64,000 nt of DNA from Marsupella aquatica (GCA_973895155.1 OZ316891.1:5799708-5863707), one strand, 5' to 3'; positions 46,816 to 61,794 are shown, counted from the first letter of the stretch. Program-made: numbers and translations. Notes: generated by a model not told the origin, from the letters alone.

Positions 46816-49800
46816 CATACAAAGCTATAAGTTTAAGAATGGGACGGGCACATAGGCCTGTATAAAAAAAGTGTACGCAAGAACTTGAAATGAAAAGCAA
46901 CACAAGGTGACCATTGTGTTTCAAGAATTTTAGTTAGTAATAATTATCAAAGAAAACTCCTGGGGTTTCAATGCAGTCCTTTGGGGACTAAAGAATCCAC
47001 TACTACTATTGTTGCTTTGAACTGACACCTATTGCTAAAGAGGTGATCTGGACTTCCCAATTAAGGAACCCCTTCAAGGCTTGAACAAGAGAGAAAGTAT
47101 GTAGCATTTTCCTGAGAAGAAATTGTGTGCAGCACATAAGTCATCTTAGTTTAGTCTTACCATGATAGAAAATAATTTGTCAAGTGTTCATGGACCGCTA
47201 ATTACCATGTAATCTAGATCAACTACTGTAGTTCGGAATGTTCTTTGGACATTCTGAGTACAAAACCCATGATACAATGTGGTCCATCCTGGTTGCACAA
47301 ATCCATGGGAGCAGTTTGGCAAACCGAGGAAGACACTTGCATGAGAATATGACCCTCAACCCTTCATTCATAGCTATCCTGGACTAGATTCTTGTGACTG
47401 GTCGCCATTGTCATGGAGTGGGGTAAGAAGAACGTACAAAGACAAAACTTGCATAGAATCTAGTTCTTAGCAATTCCGAACTATTCACATGGACTTGATT
47501 TCTTAACATATCCACTGTTTAATGGGATGAATCAACTCCATGATATTTTTCTCAGGTCTTCAAATTAGTCTATTCCTGATATTGTCCTTATCCAAAAAGC
47601 CTCGCTCGTTGTGAGTAGACACTTCATAGAATAGTAGCATTATATCAATCGATAGTGCATGGGCTCAGAATGGCATGTAATGCTAGTAGACATGATATTG
47701 AAGACATGCAATTAACCAGTTGAATTATTTCTCGTTGGACTGGAGTAAATTAACCCTAGAATCATTGGTAGTCTTTTGGGCTTAAAAGTGTTCCCCAGAA
47801 CATGAGTACGTGAGGATATGCTGGATATTATCATTCTAAGGGGAATGCGTCTTTAGCAAGCCATGCTGCACATTTGATTTGCAAGCCTGAAAACCACTGG
47901 TTCATATTCTTAAGTAGTTCAAAATATATGTGCAGGATATTTCTTTCGTTCACTTTAATTATTGTTGAAAGATTGGCTTTGGCTAAGCTTTGATCTGCAG
48001 GGTGTTGTTCCATTGTTTGAAGTCACGTCTGTTTTGTTTGCTACAAGGTCAGAAGTTGAGATTGCAAAGACAAAGGATCACAACAAGAAACCAAGATCTA
48101 GCTGGCACTAGCAAAACAAAAGATCTGTTACTGATAGCAAAGTGAGTGGCTTAATTTTTATCTATCTTAGTTGGCGTTTTGGCTTCTGTTGTTAGTGTGA
48201 GGTTTTCATAGTGCTTAGTTTATGGTGCTTTCTTATTGGCATTTTTGTCCAACCAAGCCCTAGTGGCAGGGCCGTGCACCCGGACGTGTCACTTGGGCAA
48301 ACAAAAACCTAGATTTAATAAAGTAAACACTGGGGGCCAAAACAATCTTACAAGGTTCCAAAAAAACCAATGAGGGTAGGAATGTGGGCCTCCCAAGAAC
48401 GAGCACCAAAACCAATTACGTGCAAGAACAAGCCAGGGGTTGACTCGGCAAAGCCACACCCAACCAAGAATGTACAGAACTGGCCTGAGGGAACCCAACA
48501 CCACCCAAATCTGCTCATTGTCTAACCACCACTTTTCCCTGCCTGGTGAACATGGCCTGTGAAGACACAATTAACCTTCCAACTGAAATGCTGAGCCCAA
48601 AACACAACGACAAGAGGTATATGCTTGATGGTACCCTTGCCAAAACAAAATTACATGACAAGTGCACCTTTTCTAAACCTTTGTCACAAACTAGGCCCCC
48701 CACAAAATGTTGTTACCAACTAGGCCCCCTACATAGGTTCGGTACACATGGTTCCTATGTGGTGCCTAAATGCATGGTACATCAACTGTATAGTTCCCAG
48801 TGCAGTCCATCACACGTTGTGTCGCAGTCCACTGCACATACATCTATGCTTGAAGACAAAATACAGTATGTCTTCTTATGATTATAGAGTATGTCTATGC
48901 TTGGATTATGTCTTCACATGATTATAGAGTTTTAAGGGATCCATTGTTACAGGATAGTGGATTTGGACAACATTTAGTCCAGTTCTTGTAGGCAGCTAGT
49001 AAATGTTTCCCAATATGATTGACTCCATGGTGTCTATGTTTCACACTCAGACAATTTTTGAAAGTTGCAACAAGGGAAAAAAGCCAAGAGTAAAGGATCT
49101 TTAATTCCTTCCATAGACAAATTTGGGGTCTAGATATGAGAAGACAATCCATGTTGTCTTTGTTGCACACTTGGACAATATTTAAACATTGCAGTAGGGA
49201 CCAATGGCTAAAACTAGAAGATTCATTGCATACTTGGACAAAAGAACAAAAAGAAAAGTCAAAACATCATGCACACAACCCTGTGCATAGGTTTCGTGAA
49301 GCAACCAAAAGACAAGATTCAAACCTGAAGATATGAACATATTGTCCTCACTTAGGAACTCACAATTAGTGCGATGGCCGCCAGTACTCCACGGTTCCCC
49401 CAACGGTGTAGTTTGTCATTCAACATTGTTTGACTTTAAACCTTACAATAGCTCTTATTGGTGATAATATTAAGCTAAACCTCCTTATAGGAACTTTACA
49501 AGAACATCTGATACAAAAGTGTCAGAGGGGGCCTAGTTTACAACAAAAGTTTCATAAGGGCCTATCACCTAAGTAAATTTCTTTTGGCAGGGGTCCCATC
49601 AAGCATATACCTCGAACAACAGCATTTCTGGCTTTTGTGCTTGGATCTATGACATTTTCTTGTTGTGCACTTCAATTAGGGTTGCTTTTTTGGTTTTGCT
49701 ACAATTAAGGCCTCCAAAGCTGTTTACTACAAGGCTTTGACTTGATTGTATCAGATAGCTCACATAATTGGAAGATTCAGGCAAATCCTTCTAGTAAAGC

Positions 49801-49998
49801 TCACATTATTTAGCTCACATATCTGGACGATTGATCTGCTTTGCAGATGGAGGGGAGAGCTAAATAACCAGTGTTAAAGGAAAGAAACAAGATGCCAACA
49901 AATCTGTCTCTTAGGCATCAAAAGCGGCCCTCCCCCCCTCCCCTCTTAGACCTGGCGTTGCCAAGACTAACATATTCACTATGATCATAAAACCAAGG

Positions 49999-50070
49999 TA
50001 TACTATACTATACTATACTATACTATACTATACTATACTATACTATACTATACTATAATATAATATAATA
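49999..50070. repeat. (TACTA)n microsatellite grading into (TAATA)n
   Basis: About 11 perfect TACTA units followed by TAATA units. Confidence 0.95.
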
Positions 50071-52284
50071 AAGGGAGATTCAAATAGAAACACACCAACT
50101 ATACCAAGATGTGAAAGCAACACAAACACCGGTGTAGATCATAATATGTAGCTTTTACTTTGGCGAGTGAGTGCTGTCTCATGACTACACTACATGCAAA
50201 CTTGCTGGACAAATGTTCGATAGATACAGGCTTTACTGACGCTCCTATATCGAAACGTTCAATAGATATAGACTTTGCTGAGTACCATATCAAGTTCATA
50301 AAAAACAGTGGTCAAGTCTACTGCTTTTTATAATTATAGCAAAAACTAGTCTACTGCCTTTGTGGAATACTTAGGGTAGAGATAATAATATATAGAACCC
50401 TGAACCCTTGCCACATGCACAGATTTGGATGGTGAGCACATGATATTTGGGTCTAGTACGCAAGGAATCCAAAAGCTGAGCAACAAACCAAGATGGAGGA
50501 GATAACAAGACAGTCTGCAAACTTTCCTCAACATGGAATCCCCAAGGGTAACACTTGTGGACCAAATCCAATATTAGAGGAGATAGTTGGTGAACTACCT
50601 TCCAAAAGTTGTCTTATTTAGGTTTCTTGTAATTTTATTTACCAATTTATTTTATGTCCTTTGCAAGGGTCCATCCCTTATATCTTTTGGATGTTTTGTT
50701 TTGCATCCTTTTAGTTTTGAAGTGCGTTGAACGGGATGACTATTTTCAGAGGGAATTCTCCTCACGTATGTCCCAGAAGTCACCCTCAGTTGACATTTGA
50801 AACTGGGACCTCAACTGTGCCATTCTGGGTTGCCACCAATAAACTACATGGATATTTGTCATGCTAAGCAGATATAGTGTGTAAACAGGTTATATGAGAA
50901 CGGAGCCCACCAGCCCTATTGGATTAAATTAGATTATTATTAATTTGTATTGTTGTTTAAGACTGTGTATGATGTATTTGAAATAGGCTAAGGTCGTGAA
51001 ATTGGAAGATGAGAAAGACAGTTAGTCTCAGCAGCTTTCCTCAACAATCCATAAAAATACACAAAAAATGAATCATATGGGTAACAACTGTGCAACACTC
51101 CACAGAAGCAAATAATTCAGAAGTCTTGCCGCCTTTTAGAGAAAAACATGGAATCCATATGGGAAACAACTGTGCAACACTCCTAAGAAACAAATAATTC
51201 AGAAGTCTTGCACAACTAAATCAGGAAGTCAACGAGGAATGTATCCCCAAACTCAGCTTCTAATTTGTGAGGAATCAGGAAGCCATGGGACGGATCTAGA
51301 AAGCTGCCATTTCAATTGAATCAGGAATCCTCTCAAGGCATTATATATCATAGCCAACAAACAAAAAGCTACCAAATGGGGAGACAGGATCCTCCCAACC
51401 AATAAAGGGGAGAAAACACGGGAAAACACAAGAACACCAAAAATTCAAAAAGCCCAAGAGTCACCATGAAAGGCAATAGAACTAAAGCGCAACTGAGCAA
51501 CAAATTGAAAACGAGATTGAAAAGCCTAATAATGCTCCAAAGTAAACTGCATAAGAAGATCACTAAGAGTAATTTGTCTAGAGGTGGTAAAGGACATCAA
51601 CCAAAAGTACAAATATGGTCATGAAGAGATTTGTCTAGAGGCCCTAAGAGAAAAGCTTGCATCTAGTTGGCACTTTAAAATCCAGCCCTGAAAATCCCTC
51701 AATTTCAGGGACTAAGCATTGAAGGCAAGCTCACAAGATCATCTTGTCTTCATTTTTCAAAAGTCTGGACTGCACGGGCTGGAAATTTGGCAAGCCTTGG
51801 CTTCAATTTTCCACTTTTAAACCGCCATTAGCCAGACCTACCAGGTTTCATCATGAAAAGTATTTTTTTTTGGATATTGTGAGTGAGTGGAGAAGGGGGG
51901 AAGTCATGGACACTTCTCCCTTATGTGTGGCCAGTGGGAGTAAGTCATCGAGCGTGGTAAATGAGGGGTTTAAGGCACCATTTTCTCCACAAGTAATATG
52001 AGCATAGGTTTAGGGCCACAAACTGAAGTGCCCATGCATGCGAGACAGCTCTAAAGAACAGCAAGCAAAAGTGCAAAAATAAAGGAGCAAAGCAAAGCAT
52101 AGAAAAAGAGAACGAAGGTAACTCTTTCTTGGGAGAATCTTGTCCAAGCAACGTACTAATCAACCAAGAAAGAAAGAAAAGAGAAATTTAATGAAGAATC
52201 TTGTCTCTGGGCTTTGAGCTCCGTCAGCTCCCGTCATATTCCAATCAACTCCCTTTTATCTCGGGATTCCCTGAGATGATACCT

Positions 52285-53100
52285 ACCTGCGATGTACCTC
52301 GTCCGGAATCAAGCAGAAATGAATCAAATGATGTCCTGCACCACTACAGAAGTACTCCTGTAGCAGTCTACCACCCACATTGGAGTGGAGAAGCTCTCCA
52401 AATGTCGCAGACTCAGAGGAATACTGCACATTTTTTGATGGCAGAGCAGCGGCAGCTGTCCAACAGAGACGAGAAGAGCTGATGAGACGAGACGGTGGAA
52501 AGAAAGATCGAAAGACCCTCCTTGTCCATGATGTTCACCGCTCCCACAATTTCCGCAAGGAGCGAGCATTTCCCATCACAGAGCCATCCAGACTTCTTTG
52601 ATTGGTGCTTCTGACTCCAATCTCCTCCGTCCTGCCCTGTCCCTTTGATCGCCGTGTTGCCCGTTTGCTCCTGTAGCCACTGTAGATGGTCCACCGACGA
52701 CGAGCAATCTGCATTGAGAGAAAGACGGAAAAGAACAAATGTTGACGACCGTGATTGGTTGATCTGCGAATCTGAATCCTTCTGTGTCTCCATACTCGTG
52801 TTGGTCAAGAATATACAAAGATGGAGAGTGAGAGAGGATTCCAAAGAAAAAGAGAGCGGTGGGGGCCCCAGATGGGGCGGTGGTGGGGCAGGAGAGTGAA
52901 CCAACACAAGAGCATATGACAAAGCTGGGGAAGCTGGGGGCTGCTTTCGAAATTCTACGGGAGTTGTTCCCCGTCTATAATTTTTGTTCTTCCCTTTTTG
53001 GGCTGGGTCTGGTGCCGGTGTTGTTGTTGTTGTCGAAGAAAGAACGGAAGTGGTGGGTGGGTATGTGACGCATCTAGTCCCTTCTTTGGGCGTAGTCACA
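52285..53100 (-). other. Possible first exon or 5' leader of a transcript divergent from the beta-propeller gene
   Basis: CpG-retaining segment with a CT-rich leader on -, ATG at ~52793 (METQKDSD...), and a donor-like CAG|GTAGGT at ~52285. No recognisable domain. Confidence 0.25.
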
Positions 53101-54560
53101 ATTCCCTCATCAACAACAACAACGGGCGGGCAAGGCGAGGACTCTTTATTATGTCATTTGACGCTGGAGATTTGAGAGACGGAAGGACAGAGCTCTAGCG
53201 ATCCTCCTCTCCCTCCCTTTTTTCCTCTCGTACTCGTTTGATATGACACAGTGCCCCTGCATAGTCACCAGACTGTATTCCAACCTGAGAAATCTCGCTT
53301 GACAAATTCTTCCCCTGCCGTACTCCCTCGCGAGTTTACCATCCGTTCGTCAGCATCGTGCTTTATGTGGGAACAAAAATCTGGCCAAGTTTTGCTACCC
53401 CACCCATTCTTTAGTGTCGCTTTCGTCCTTTCTTTCTTTCGTTCTTTCTTCTACTTCTTCTTCTCCTTCAATTCTTCCCTTCATGAAATAGAGCTATCTG
53501 AATTTTGCTCCAATGTTTGAAGCAGTTGCACATCGCTTAATTGGAGCTGGGTAGAACGTAAAATTGGGCAAGTTGACGGTCAATCAGGCAGTGGTTTCGT
53601 AGCAGGAATTGGTGGCGTCCTCCTGTTCCTTCTGTTCACTTCAATTTCTTCCCTCGTTTCCCAGCTGCGTCCAATCAGTTCGGTTGTACTGTGATACTTG
53701 GTGACGTGTGTGGCAGTGGCTGCAGTCGGCCGTGCCCCTCTTGCCACCTACGTACAGCATTCAGTTCTCTGAGATCGTTGAAAATCAGGGGCAATTGCTC
53801 CGCGAATTGGGACGCCAACTCCTACCTTCTTGTTTTTCTTCATCTGCCGGACAGCAACAGCCATCTGGACATACTTGGATTAAGACCTTACTTGTGTACC
53901 GCATGCTGGAGAGGTATCTGGGACGGAAATGAGTCTCTTGATGTCAGTTACAGAGTATTGAAGCCGAACTGAGCTTCATTGATTTCTTGGATTTCAGCTG
54001 CCTGTGTGTTGAGGGGACTGCGCTCCATGTTCAAGAAGACAATTGCCGGTTCGGCAATCAGTCGAGCGCGCTATCCATCCAGATCAGCTCGTTGTGACCT
54101 TTCAATTGCAGTGAGAAAGCAGCAACCAGAGAGCGAAGCGGTGGTCTGAAAGCACTCTTAGTAGTCAAGAGCGAAGCTTGGGAATTAGGAGACAGGGAGG
54201 AAGTCGATTTTACACCAGGTGTAGCTTGGAACTGGTTTGGGTTCTGGGACTGTGGTCTACAAGTCTCTCACTACTTGGTCAGTAAGTACCCTGCTATGTG
54301 GTTATGGAACGCGGAGCCAGGGCAAGAAGCTCCCTTCCTGTGAGAGGAAATATCGTCCATTGATTATTGGGACTTTTCTCTCTCTGGATTGAGTTTCCTG
54401 CAAGGATTCGCCGATCTCCGAATGTGCAACTGGACCATCACCTTGAGAGAGGAGAGGGGTAGGTGGCAAAAGTCTGTGGATTCTTACCACTACAACAAGA
54501 AACTCAAGAGGCGTGATGTAATCACTCTCAGACAATTGCAGGGTAGGAAGGCTAGAAAGG

Positions 54561-57500
54561 ATGAAGTACACTGGCGGAAGAAGGCGAGAAGTTGCGGGTC
54601 TGAAAATCGTCGGTGTTATCTGGGCCCTCGCTATAGCTCACCACGCGTTAGCGTTCTCCGTGTTCTCGTCCAATTTCGTGCAAGCGGAGCTGAACTATCC
54701 CCCGCCACCGATCTTTCAAGGGCCTCGCCTCTCCTCATTCGTCCAACATTCCAGCAAGTTCTGGTCCTTTGATCGTGCCTCGAATTCTTGGAGACTCACG
54801 GATCTCTCCTGCCTGTTCTCGAATGGGAGCTGGTGGCATTCTTGCAGTGGTACGAAGGCAGACACCCGTAGAAGAGGCGGCGAGCAGCAGCTTCCAAAGT
54901 TGGAGCCGAATTCTGCAAAATTTAAGGACCCAACCCAGTACGAAAATGGTCGTTCTGTCGAGAACGCCGAAGCTCATCACAGCTCATTTACGAAAAGCGG
55001 TGAAACTACACAACCAAGGGATGCTCCTCGTAATCTGAAGTCCGGGTCCATCAATCCTCCCAGGAGCCATGACCCCGAGGCAGACATCACGTCCCCCCAA
55101 TCTCCATTCCCTGGAAGAGTGTCCATGGTGCGATTTTCGGATGTATCTCTTTGGATAACAGGGCAAAGTGGAGCCATTTATGAGAGATTTTGGAACGGCG
55201 TACAGTGGGTAGTCATTCCTCACGACTTGCCAGCTTTCTCAGGCCGAGCAACCACAGTCTTGAGCGTGAATCGGACCATGGTGGCCATGTCTGAAAGTGG
55301 GATTCTCCACCAGGTTTTTCACGTCACCCTACGATGCTCTCTGTCATGTACCCAGCAAGCATGATTAACTCAGTGAAAGCCGACCCCTGTCTTTGCGCCC
55401 AATTGGGGTAAAGGATACGTCTTCAAATCGATCGCGCACTGTAATTCCCTGAGTTATTTTCAGATGCCAAATCTTGCTTTGCTGGAAGAGAATTTGGATT
55501 AAAGAACACAAATTGAAATACATCTAGTGGTTACTTCAAGAGTGAATCGCATTGATTTAAAAGTCCATAGGTTCTCGAGCGGGGATCGGGCTTGAATAGA
55601 AATGATCTGTTAACTTCATTAGCAGTGGCTGACCAGATGCCATCACACCTAAATCTTTCTTCCTGCCTTCGTTGGATAGATATGTTCACAGAAAACGTAA
55701 TTCAAAGTTATCTCTTCAAGAAGGTCAATCCTAGGATTTTGCTCAGGAATTCTGAGTTGCTATGTAACGTTATATCACGATATTACAACTCTGGTGACTT
55801 ACTCACAGTTTCTGCTGAAAATGTGGCGAAATTGATCCATGTAAGGCTCCGTTGCAGCTCAACTCAAGGCAGTCATTTTCTGAAAATCTTGCTTTGCTTT
55901 TGGTCAGCTTCAGATAGATGCGAATGGGCAGCTTATCTGGGTCAATTGTGGTCCCTGGCTACCTACGAATATCAATGATTCGGGTGTGAGTTCCAGCAAC
56001 ATCAGCTTGCGCAGAGTTGGTCTTGTATCAGCTGATGCCAGGTAGGAGCATCCTTCCCCGTCCTATTGTCAACAGTATAAAAACCTTAGTTATCAGTGAA
56101 GGTTTCACAGTTCTTTCACACATTATACGATGAGCGCATTTCAGTAGCCAAGTCTGGTCTGACTTGAGGTTTTTTTCTGCGTTTGTTTGCGACCAGTGCA
56201 CTGTACTTTGCCACCACTGATGGGTCGCTGACAGAGCTTTCAACATTGCAACCCATGAAGTGAGTATTTTCTGGTGGGCTGGATTTGTCTGCACGGATCT
56301 GACTGAAAAAGTAGCACTGAAATGTTTTCTCAATGACACTCTAAAATGCACAAACCGTTGTCGGTGTAGTTCCAGTCGAAGAATCTAGGTGTTGAAAACA
56401 AGGTGCTAGTTTCCAACACTTCTGTAGTTAAAAGCTGATTATATAAAGTTTGACGATTGAAGTCGCTGACCTTGTTCTTGACTCATGGGCTTCACATATA
56501 TCTTACCGAGTGATTGTTGTATTTTGTAAAGGTGGGTCAATCATCACCATCCTCGTGGTGGTGACATTGCTGCCGTTGCTGATGCGGGCACGTTGAGATC
56601 TGGAGTCATCTTTACTATTAGGTACGCGTTGAGATGACGTTGAGATCTGGAGTTTTTCTCTATCGTTAAATTTGATATGTAACGTCCATCGTCTCTAATG
56701 TTCTTCCCTATTTTTTTCATGAGACAGCGATCCTTGCATTTAGTCCATCGAGGTCATTATATCTCTTCATGAAAGCTGTTCGTGTAGTAAGGAGTAGGAT
56801 ATCAAATTCCGGTGAGTTTCGAGAAATGGGATGGTGAATCAATCTAATCCATTTCTCGTGGGGAACTGTTCATCTAAACTTGCAGCACAACTGGCGATCT
56901 ATATGAATATGATTCAAAAGCAAAGCCAGCATGGAAAAAGCATGTCAGAGAAGGGTCTGCCGTGGAAGACTTGACATTAGCTCCAGCTGGTGGAGTCGCC
57001 GTGCATGGACTTGGAGGAGCTGCAAGCGTCTCTCTGTTCCTTTTGACGAAGGTAATTGGGACATGAACATTTCTCTAGTATTTCAAAGTTTTTCAGGGCA
57101 CCCAAGAGAACACAAAATTGTTAATCTCTTTTCAGGTTATCCAGGGTTTTTGCTGACGCTCTCTGACCACTGGCTTCATGGTCGATACAGATCTTTCGTC
57201 CCAAATTTGGAAACCAGTGGGTTTCAAAATCAATTCATTCAGTCCTGAAGTTTTGTGGTGGAAATTCCTACTGTTGCTGCTTCAAAATATGAACAGGAAA
57301 ACTGATTCTTTGAAATCTTGAAAGTGCTGGGAAAATTCCGTGGATGTCCCCTCCAACCTGTCTAATCGTATACATTTATTGTGCGTTGGTGAGAAATAAG
57401 TAGTTGAAACAGGTGGTTGTTGAGTTGTGCAGGACGGTTCCCTAGTTGAGCGGAGGTTTCACCAAAGTAAGTGGCGATGGATAGTGCATCCAGTTCCCGA

Positions 57501-60500
57501 TGAGGACGATACTTTGAGTCTCTCTCTTGGGCCTTACTTGTTGGATCCTGAACCAAATCCGGGCAGAGCACTATTTTCCCTATTCCTCACATCGAAGCAC
57601 GGTGTGTTATGGGAGTACAAGCTAGCAAAACCTCAAGGTAGAGCACTCTCTTCAACTCGAACACAAATGCTAATTGCTCACAATTGGTTGGTGAGAGCTG
57701 TTTTGCAATCGACGTTCAGTTAGATTCTAGAAGCATCCTCATCAATCAATCACAATTGGTAATCAACAATCATACATATGATTTAATAGTCTAGTGGAAA
57801 ATATGGTTCTCTACAGATCCGCATTTGAAAGCGGTTGAGAGTTTTGTTTACAACTAGGAATTCAAAGACTGATGGATTGCTGCATTGGAATTTTCAATCA
57901 GGTCTTGGTCGAACTGTTTCAGAAAATGGGACTTGGGTGGATCATGGACATCCTTTTCAAACGCCGGTCGTCAACTCTGTCCCAGGAGTATCACTGAGCT
58001 CCGGACGCCTTTTCTTCTCGTTGGTTGATGGTCGAATAGGGGAGCTCCATGCGCCAGGCCTTGGTGGTGGCAATGTAGGCCCCGTAAGCTCGAATACTTC
58101 ACCGAGGGACAAAAGACAGGGACCTGTCTACACGTGGTCTATCTTAGAAGCTCCAGAAACAGAAGGAGGAAACGCTGAATATTGCACATCATTCAGGGGT
58201 CCAGCGAATTGTTTAGAGGGAATCAAGGATAGTCAGTCAGGGTGGCAACCACCGGTGTCAAGCACAGAATTTTCTCAAAAAAAGAAGACACCAAACAAGG
58301 GACGGTTGGGGAGGAGAGGAGTGGCACGTTCAGATCATGTAAAGGAAGTTGATACATCTACCGGAAGCCAGACTGTACTCTCACGAGCGTCTCCTTGGAA
58401 TCAAAGCGTGGAGTCCTTATTCCAGTTGCGTACAATGCAGACAGATAAGTCCATCTTCTTTATTGGAAGAGATGGAGCAGCATTTGAAAGGTTTTTCAGT
58501 GGAGAGGCATGGCTGTGGCTCAAGCACGAGCACAAACTGCGTCTTTCGGGAATTCTGGGCATGTATAGTGGGGGTGTCTTTGTGGTCGATGTAGAACGGA
58601 ATCTTTTTCTGAGGGAAAGGGTTGGAAATGTTTTGCATTGGCTGAATTGCACAGAAATTAATGGAGGTAGAAAGGTAGTATCTGGACCTCCGTGGGACCA
58701 TGGCTTACTAGGGGAGACTCATGCAGCAACTGTGGAAGATGCCCTGTTCGTCGTTGATCAGGACGGCAATTTAATGGAGTTTCTTGTAAGTGTTCATTCC
58801 CGCGAGATTTCAATAGATGCCTTTGCTGTCCTTGGCAGATGTGTTCGAGAGAAGCCAGTTTTCACATGTGTCTAGTAGAGTAGAGTACTTCAAACCATTT
58901 GTTTTATGAATGCAGTTTCCGACCTGGTTCAGAAGAGCAACGACATTCCAAATGGAACTTGTCAAATACCGAGCTTTATTCATACACACAATTCATGAAA
59001 TTGCTCTATTTCATGCAGGTAGCCATGAGGCAATTCCTTTGGCGAGATTGTGGCCACCCTCCAAACACTCGGGTAGCTGTAATTCTAGATCAAGAGAGCC
59101 TCCGGTACAGGGTAGTATTTGTGGTGGGCTTGAACGGGAGACTCTACCATTTTAACCGAGTCACTAGACAATGGATCTCCCATCACCAACCCAGCAATGT
59201 GGTGCTTTCACCCGTCACTGGGACTGTAATTCGGCCCAACATTCACAGTACCAGAGGATCCGTGTTCCTGAGGACAGAAGATGGTGGATTGATCGAGTTC
59301 CATTGGGATACATACGAGGGATGGAAATGGACAGACCATGGCTTTCCCGAGCCTGGAGTGGCGTTGTCCACAGCGCCTGGGCCCAACATTGGTAACAAGA
59401 GGTTGTTCGTGGTTGGGTCGGATGGGAGGCTGTTCAGTAGGTTCTGGGATGAGACAAGATGGGCTTGGTTTGATCACGGACATCCAAAGCCCGAGACAGT
59501 GCTACAGGCTGAAAGAAATATTCGGAGTCTATACAATCCAGACAATACCAAAAGTGACAAAGTGGAGTACAGTGAAGGCAATCCTGTATTGAGCAATCTC
59601 AGATTTGGGGTCATGGATGTGTATGTCTCCTTCAATGGGGAGTGCTCCTTGACGGTAAAGCTCTCTCTCATTTGTCATGCATATGTTTCTGAAAACTGTG
59701 TTTGTTAAGATCATTGAATTGAACTACCTTTCAGTCAATCGAGTATGCGGTCATACACTTTTTCTGAAAATGTGCTTGGTGAGGTCACTGAATTGATCTA
59801 CCGTTTTATCAATCGAGATGAGGGACTGAAAATGAATGATCATTGAAAATAAAATCCTGGCGAACAAAAGCCCACCTCAGCCTGCGAGCAGTATAATTCC
59901 TAGGGTAACTGTGTAGTATTTGTTCTAGTCTGGGTGTTACTACTCGAGAAACAGTCGTTTTAACACCACTAGATTGATGTCCAGTTTGATTTCCAGGTTG
60001 AGGGTTCTGTTTCTTTTAACTGGCACTGGGATAGACAAAATGAAAATCTCAGAGCTCACACACCCAAGGAGTAGTTGAGTGGAACCTTCATGTTTTCCAT
60101 TTCAAAATTGATAGCAAAAGCTACGTTTAGAAATGGTGCAAACGAAGTTTACATGAGAATGACTGGAGAAGAGCACAGTAATTGTGTGGGGACTTGATCG
60201 TTCAACTACAGTACTGAGGACGAATTTTTAGCTCTACCTTTCGGTTCTATGATTCCCAAACTCCTGTCTTTGACATATTCTGACAGTTTCCTGTATTGCT
60301 GCAGGTAGCACCCGTTCGACCCATAGCACTCTCTCCATCCATTGTCATGATTGTGATTCATGATGGCCGGGTAAGAGCTGGACCTGGCAACAGCACCCTT
60401 TGAAGCTCACATTCACATATTTATATGAAGTTTCTCTCATGTGATGAAGCGTCCATTAGTTGGTAGTAGAAATCTCTGTTGCCTTCAGATGTGACCCTTT

Positions 60501-60763
60501 TTCTCATACGGCAGGGCAGATATGTTTGGCTGGAGTTGCGCTTCATGGCCTCTTTCATGTCTCAGACAGTTCAGGGAATTGATTCACGTGATAAAAATGT
60601 ATAGTTGTGCTAAAAGCGTAGAACTAACGGAGGGAATGTCTGCTGGACGCAGGTGGCTAGCATAAAGTCAGAGGAAGGGACATGGAAATGGGTTTCCGTC
60701 CATGACACTCCCACGAGTTCATGCCAATCCAGTTACTGGGCTGCAACCAGCCCACAGGCTTAA
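54561..60763 (+). CDS. Plant protein of unknown function with repeated W-x-x-H(G)-x-P beta-propeller blades and an N-terminal hydrophobic segment, ~1035 aa, 10 exons
   Basis: Exons 54561-55313, 55908-56041, 56197-56259, 56532-56621, 56886-57051, 57433-57637, 57902-58785, 59019-59654, 60305-60370 and 60653-60763 all use GT-AG, total 3108 nt and stay in frame. Motifs ERFWNGVQWVVIPHDLP, WVDHGHP, WRDCGHP, WTDHGFP, WFDHGHP. Confidence 0.88.
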
Positions 60764-61794
60764 GAGACAATCATTTCACGTAATGCCAATTCTAAAGATG
60801 GAGTGGCACCTATCTCAACAGATCCTACAGAAGGTCAAACCCCACCCACACTTTGTAAATTCCAGACCACATATCAGACTCGAGATATAAAGACAACCAG
60901 AAATGAGGATAGCAAAGTGACTGAATGTCCATAGGCTGTGATGATCTGGTCTGTTTTATACATCTAGCCAATCCAAGATTTTCTTGGGGCTCGGGGAGTT
61001 TTTACTCCCTTTGTACAATACTTAGAGTTAATGTACGGTAATCATTTAGAAGATCTCTCAATAAACTATGGTAAATTATTCGTGTGAGAACTGACTTGGC
61101 TCACACCTTACGACACTGAATTTAAACTGGCCTGATTATGCTAGACACCTCTTACCAACTTGATATGACACATTTCTTACCTCTATGTAAGTGGAGTCAA
61201 GGTGAGCTTATCTCTTCCATGTTACAGAAAAAGCTTAGGCTTCCATCAAATCTCTCTTTAGGATCTGTTTAAAATTGTTCTCTTTGAAATCTATTGCAAC
61301 ACTTGAAGATATATGAAAGTTTCTGTCCTCTATGTTAAGCAAGTGGAGTTGGGGAAGGTGAACTTGTCTTCCCTATGTTTCAGGAAAAAATCTTAGGCTT
61401 CCACTGAACCGTTCTTTTGAATCTGGTTTAATCTCTTTAAAACTTCTCTCGGGAATCTCTTGCAACACTCTAGGACTATGAAAGAATGGGGTGGCTGAAT
61501 TTGTGAATGCTATATTTATTGACACTTGATACATGGGAGAGAGTGATCTCAGAGATACATGCCCTTCACCAATATGGAATGCATAACTTCTGACTATTGT
61601 GCTCACCTAAGGATGAACTTATTAATGCTATGTAAACAGAACTAAGCAACTTGATAATTTAAGAATGGCACACCCTCCAATACAAGGGAACCTATAACTT
61701 CCCATGATGCATGTGCTCACCTAGTAAGTATTTGGTAGGTCTCTCAGTGCGTCTGATTGTCCCTCAAAGAAAGTGAGGTGTTGGCAAAATTGTT

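Noticed and set aside
44134-48860. Possible solo LTRs starting at ~44134 and ~48288
   Set aside because: TG starts and composition shifts are visible, but no matching CA end with a TSD could be confirmed.
52413-53099. 228-aa minus-strand ORF as a protein-coding gene
   Set aside because: Non-ATG start, low-complexity first half and no recognisable domain; kept only as a low-confidence exon or leader.
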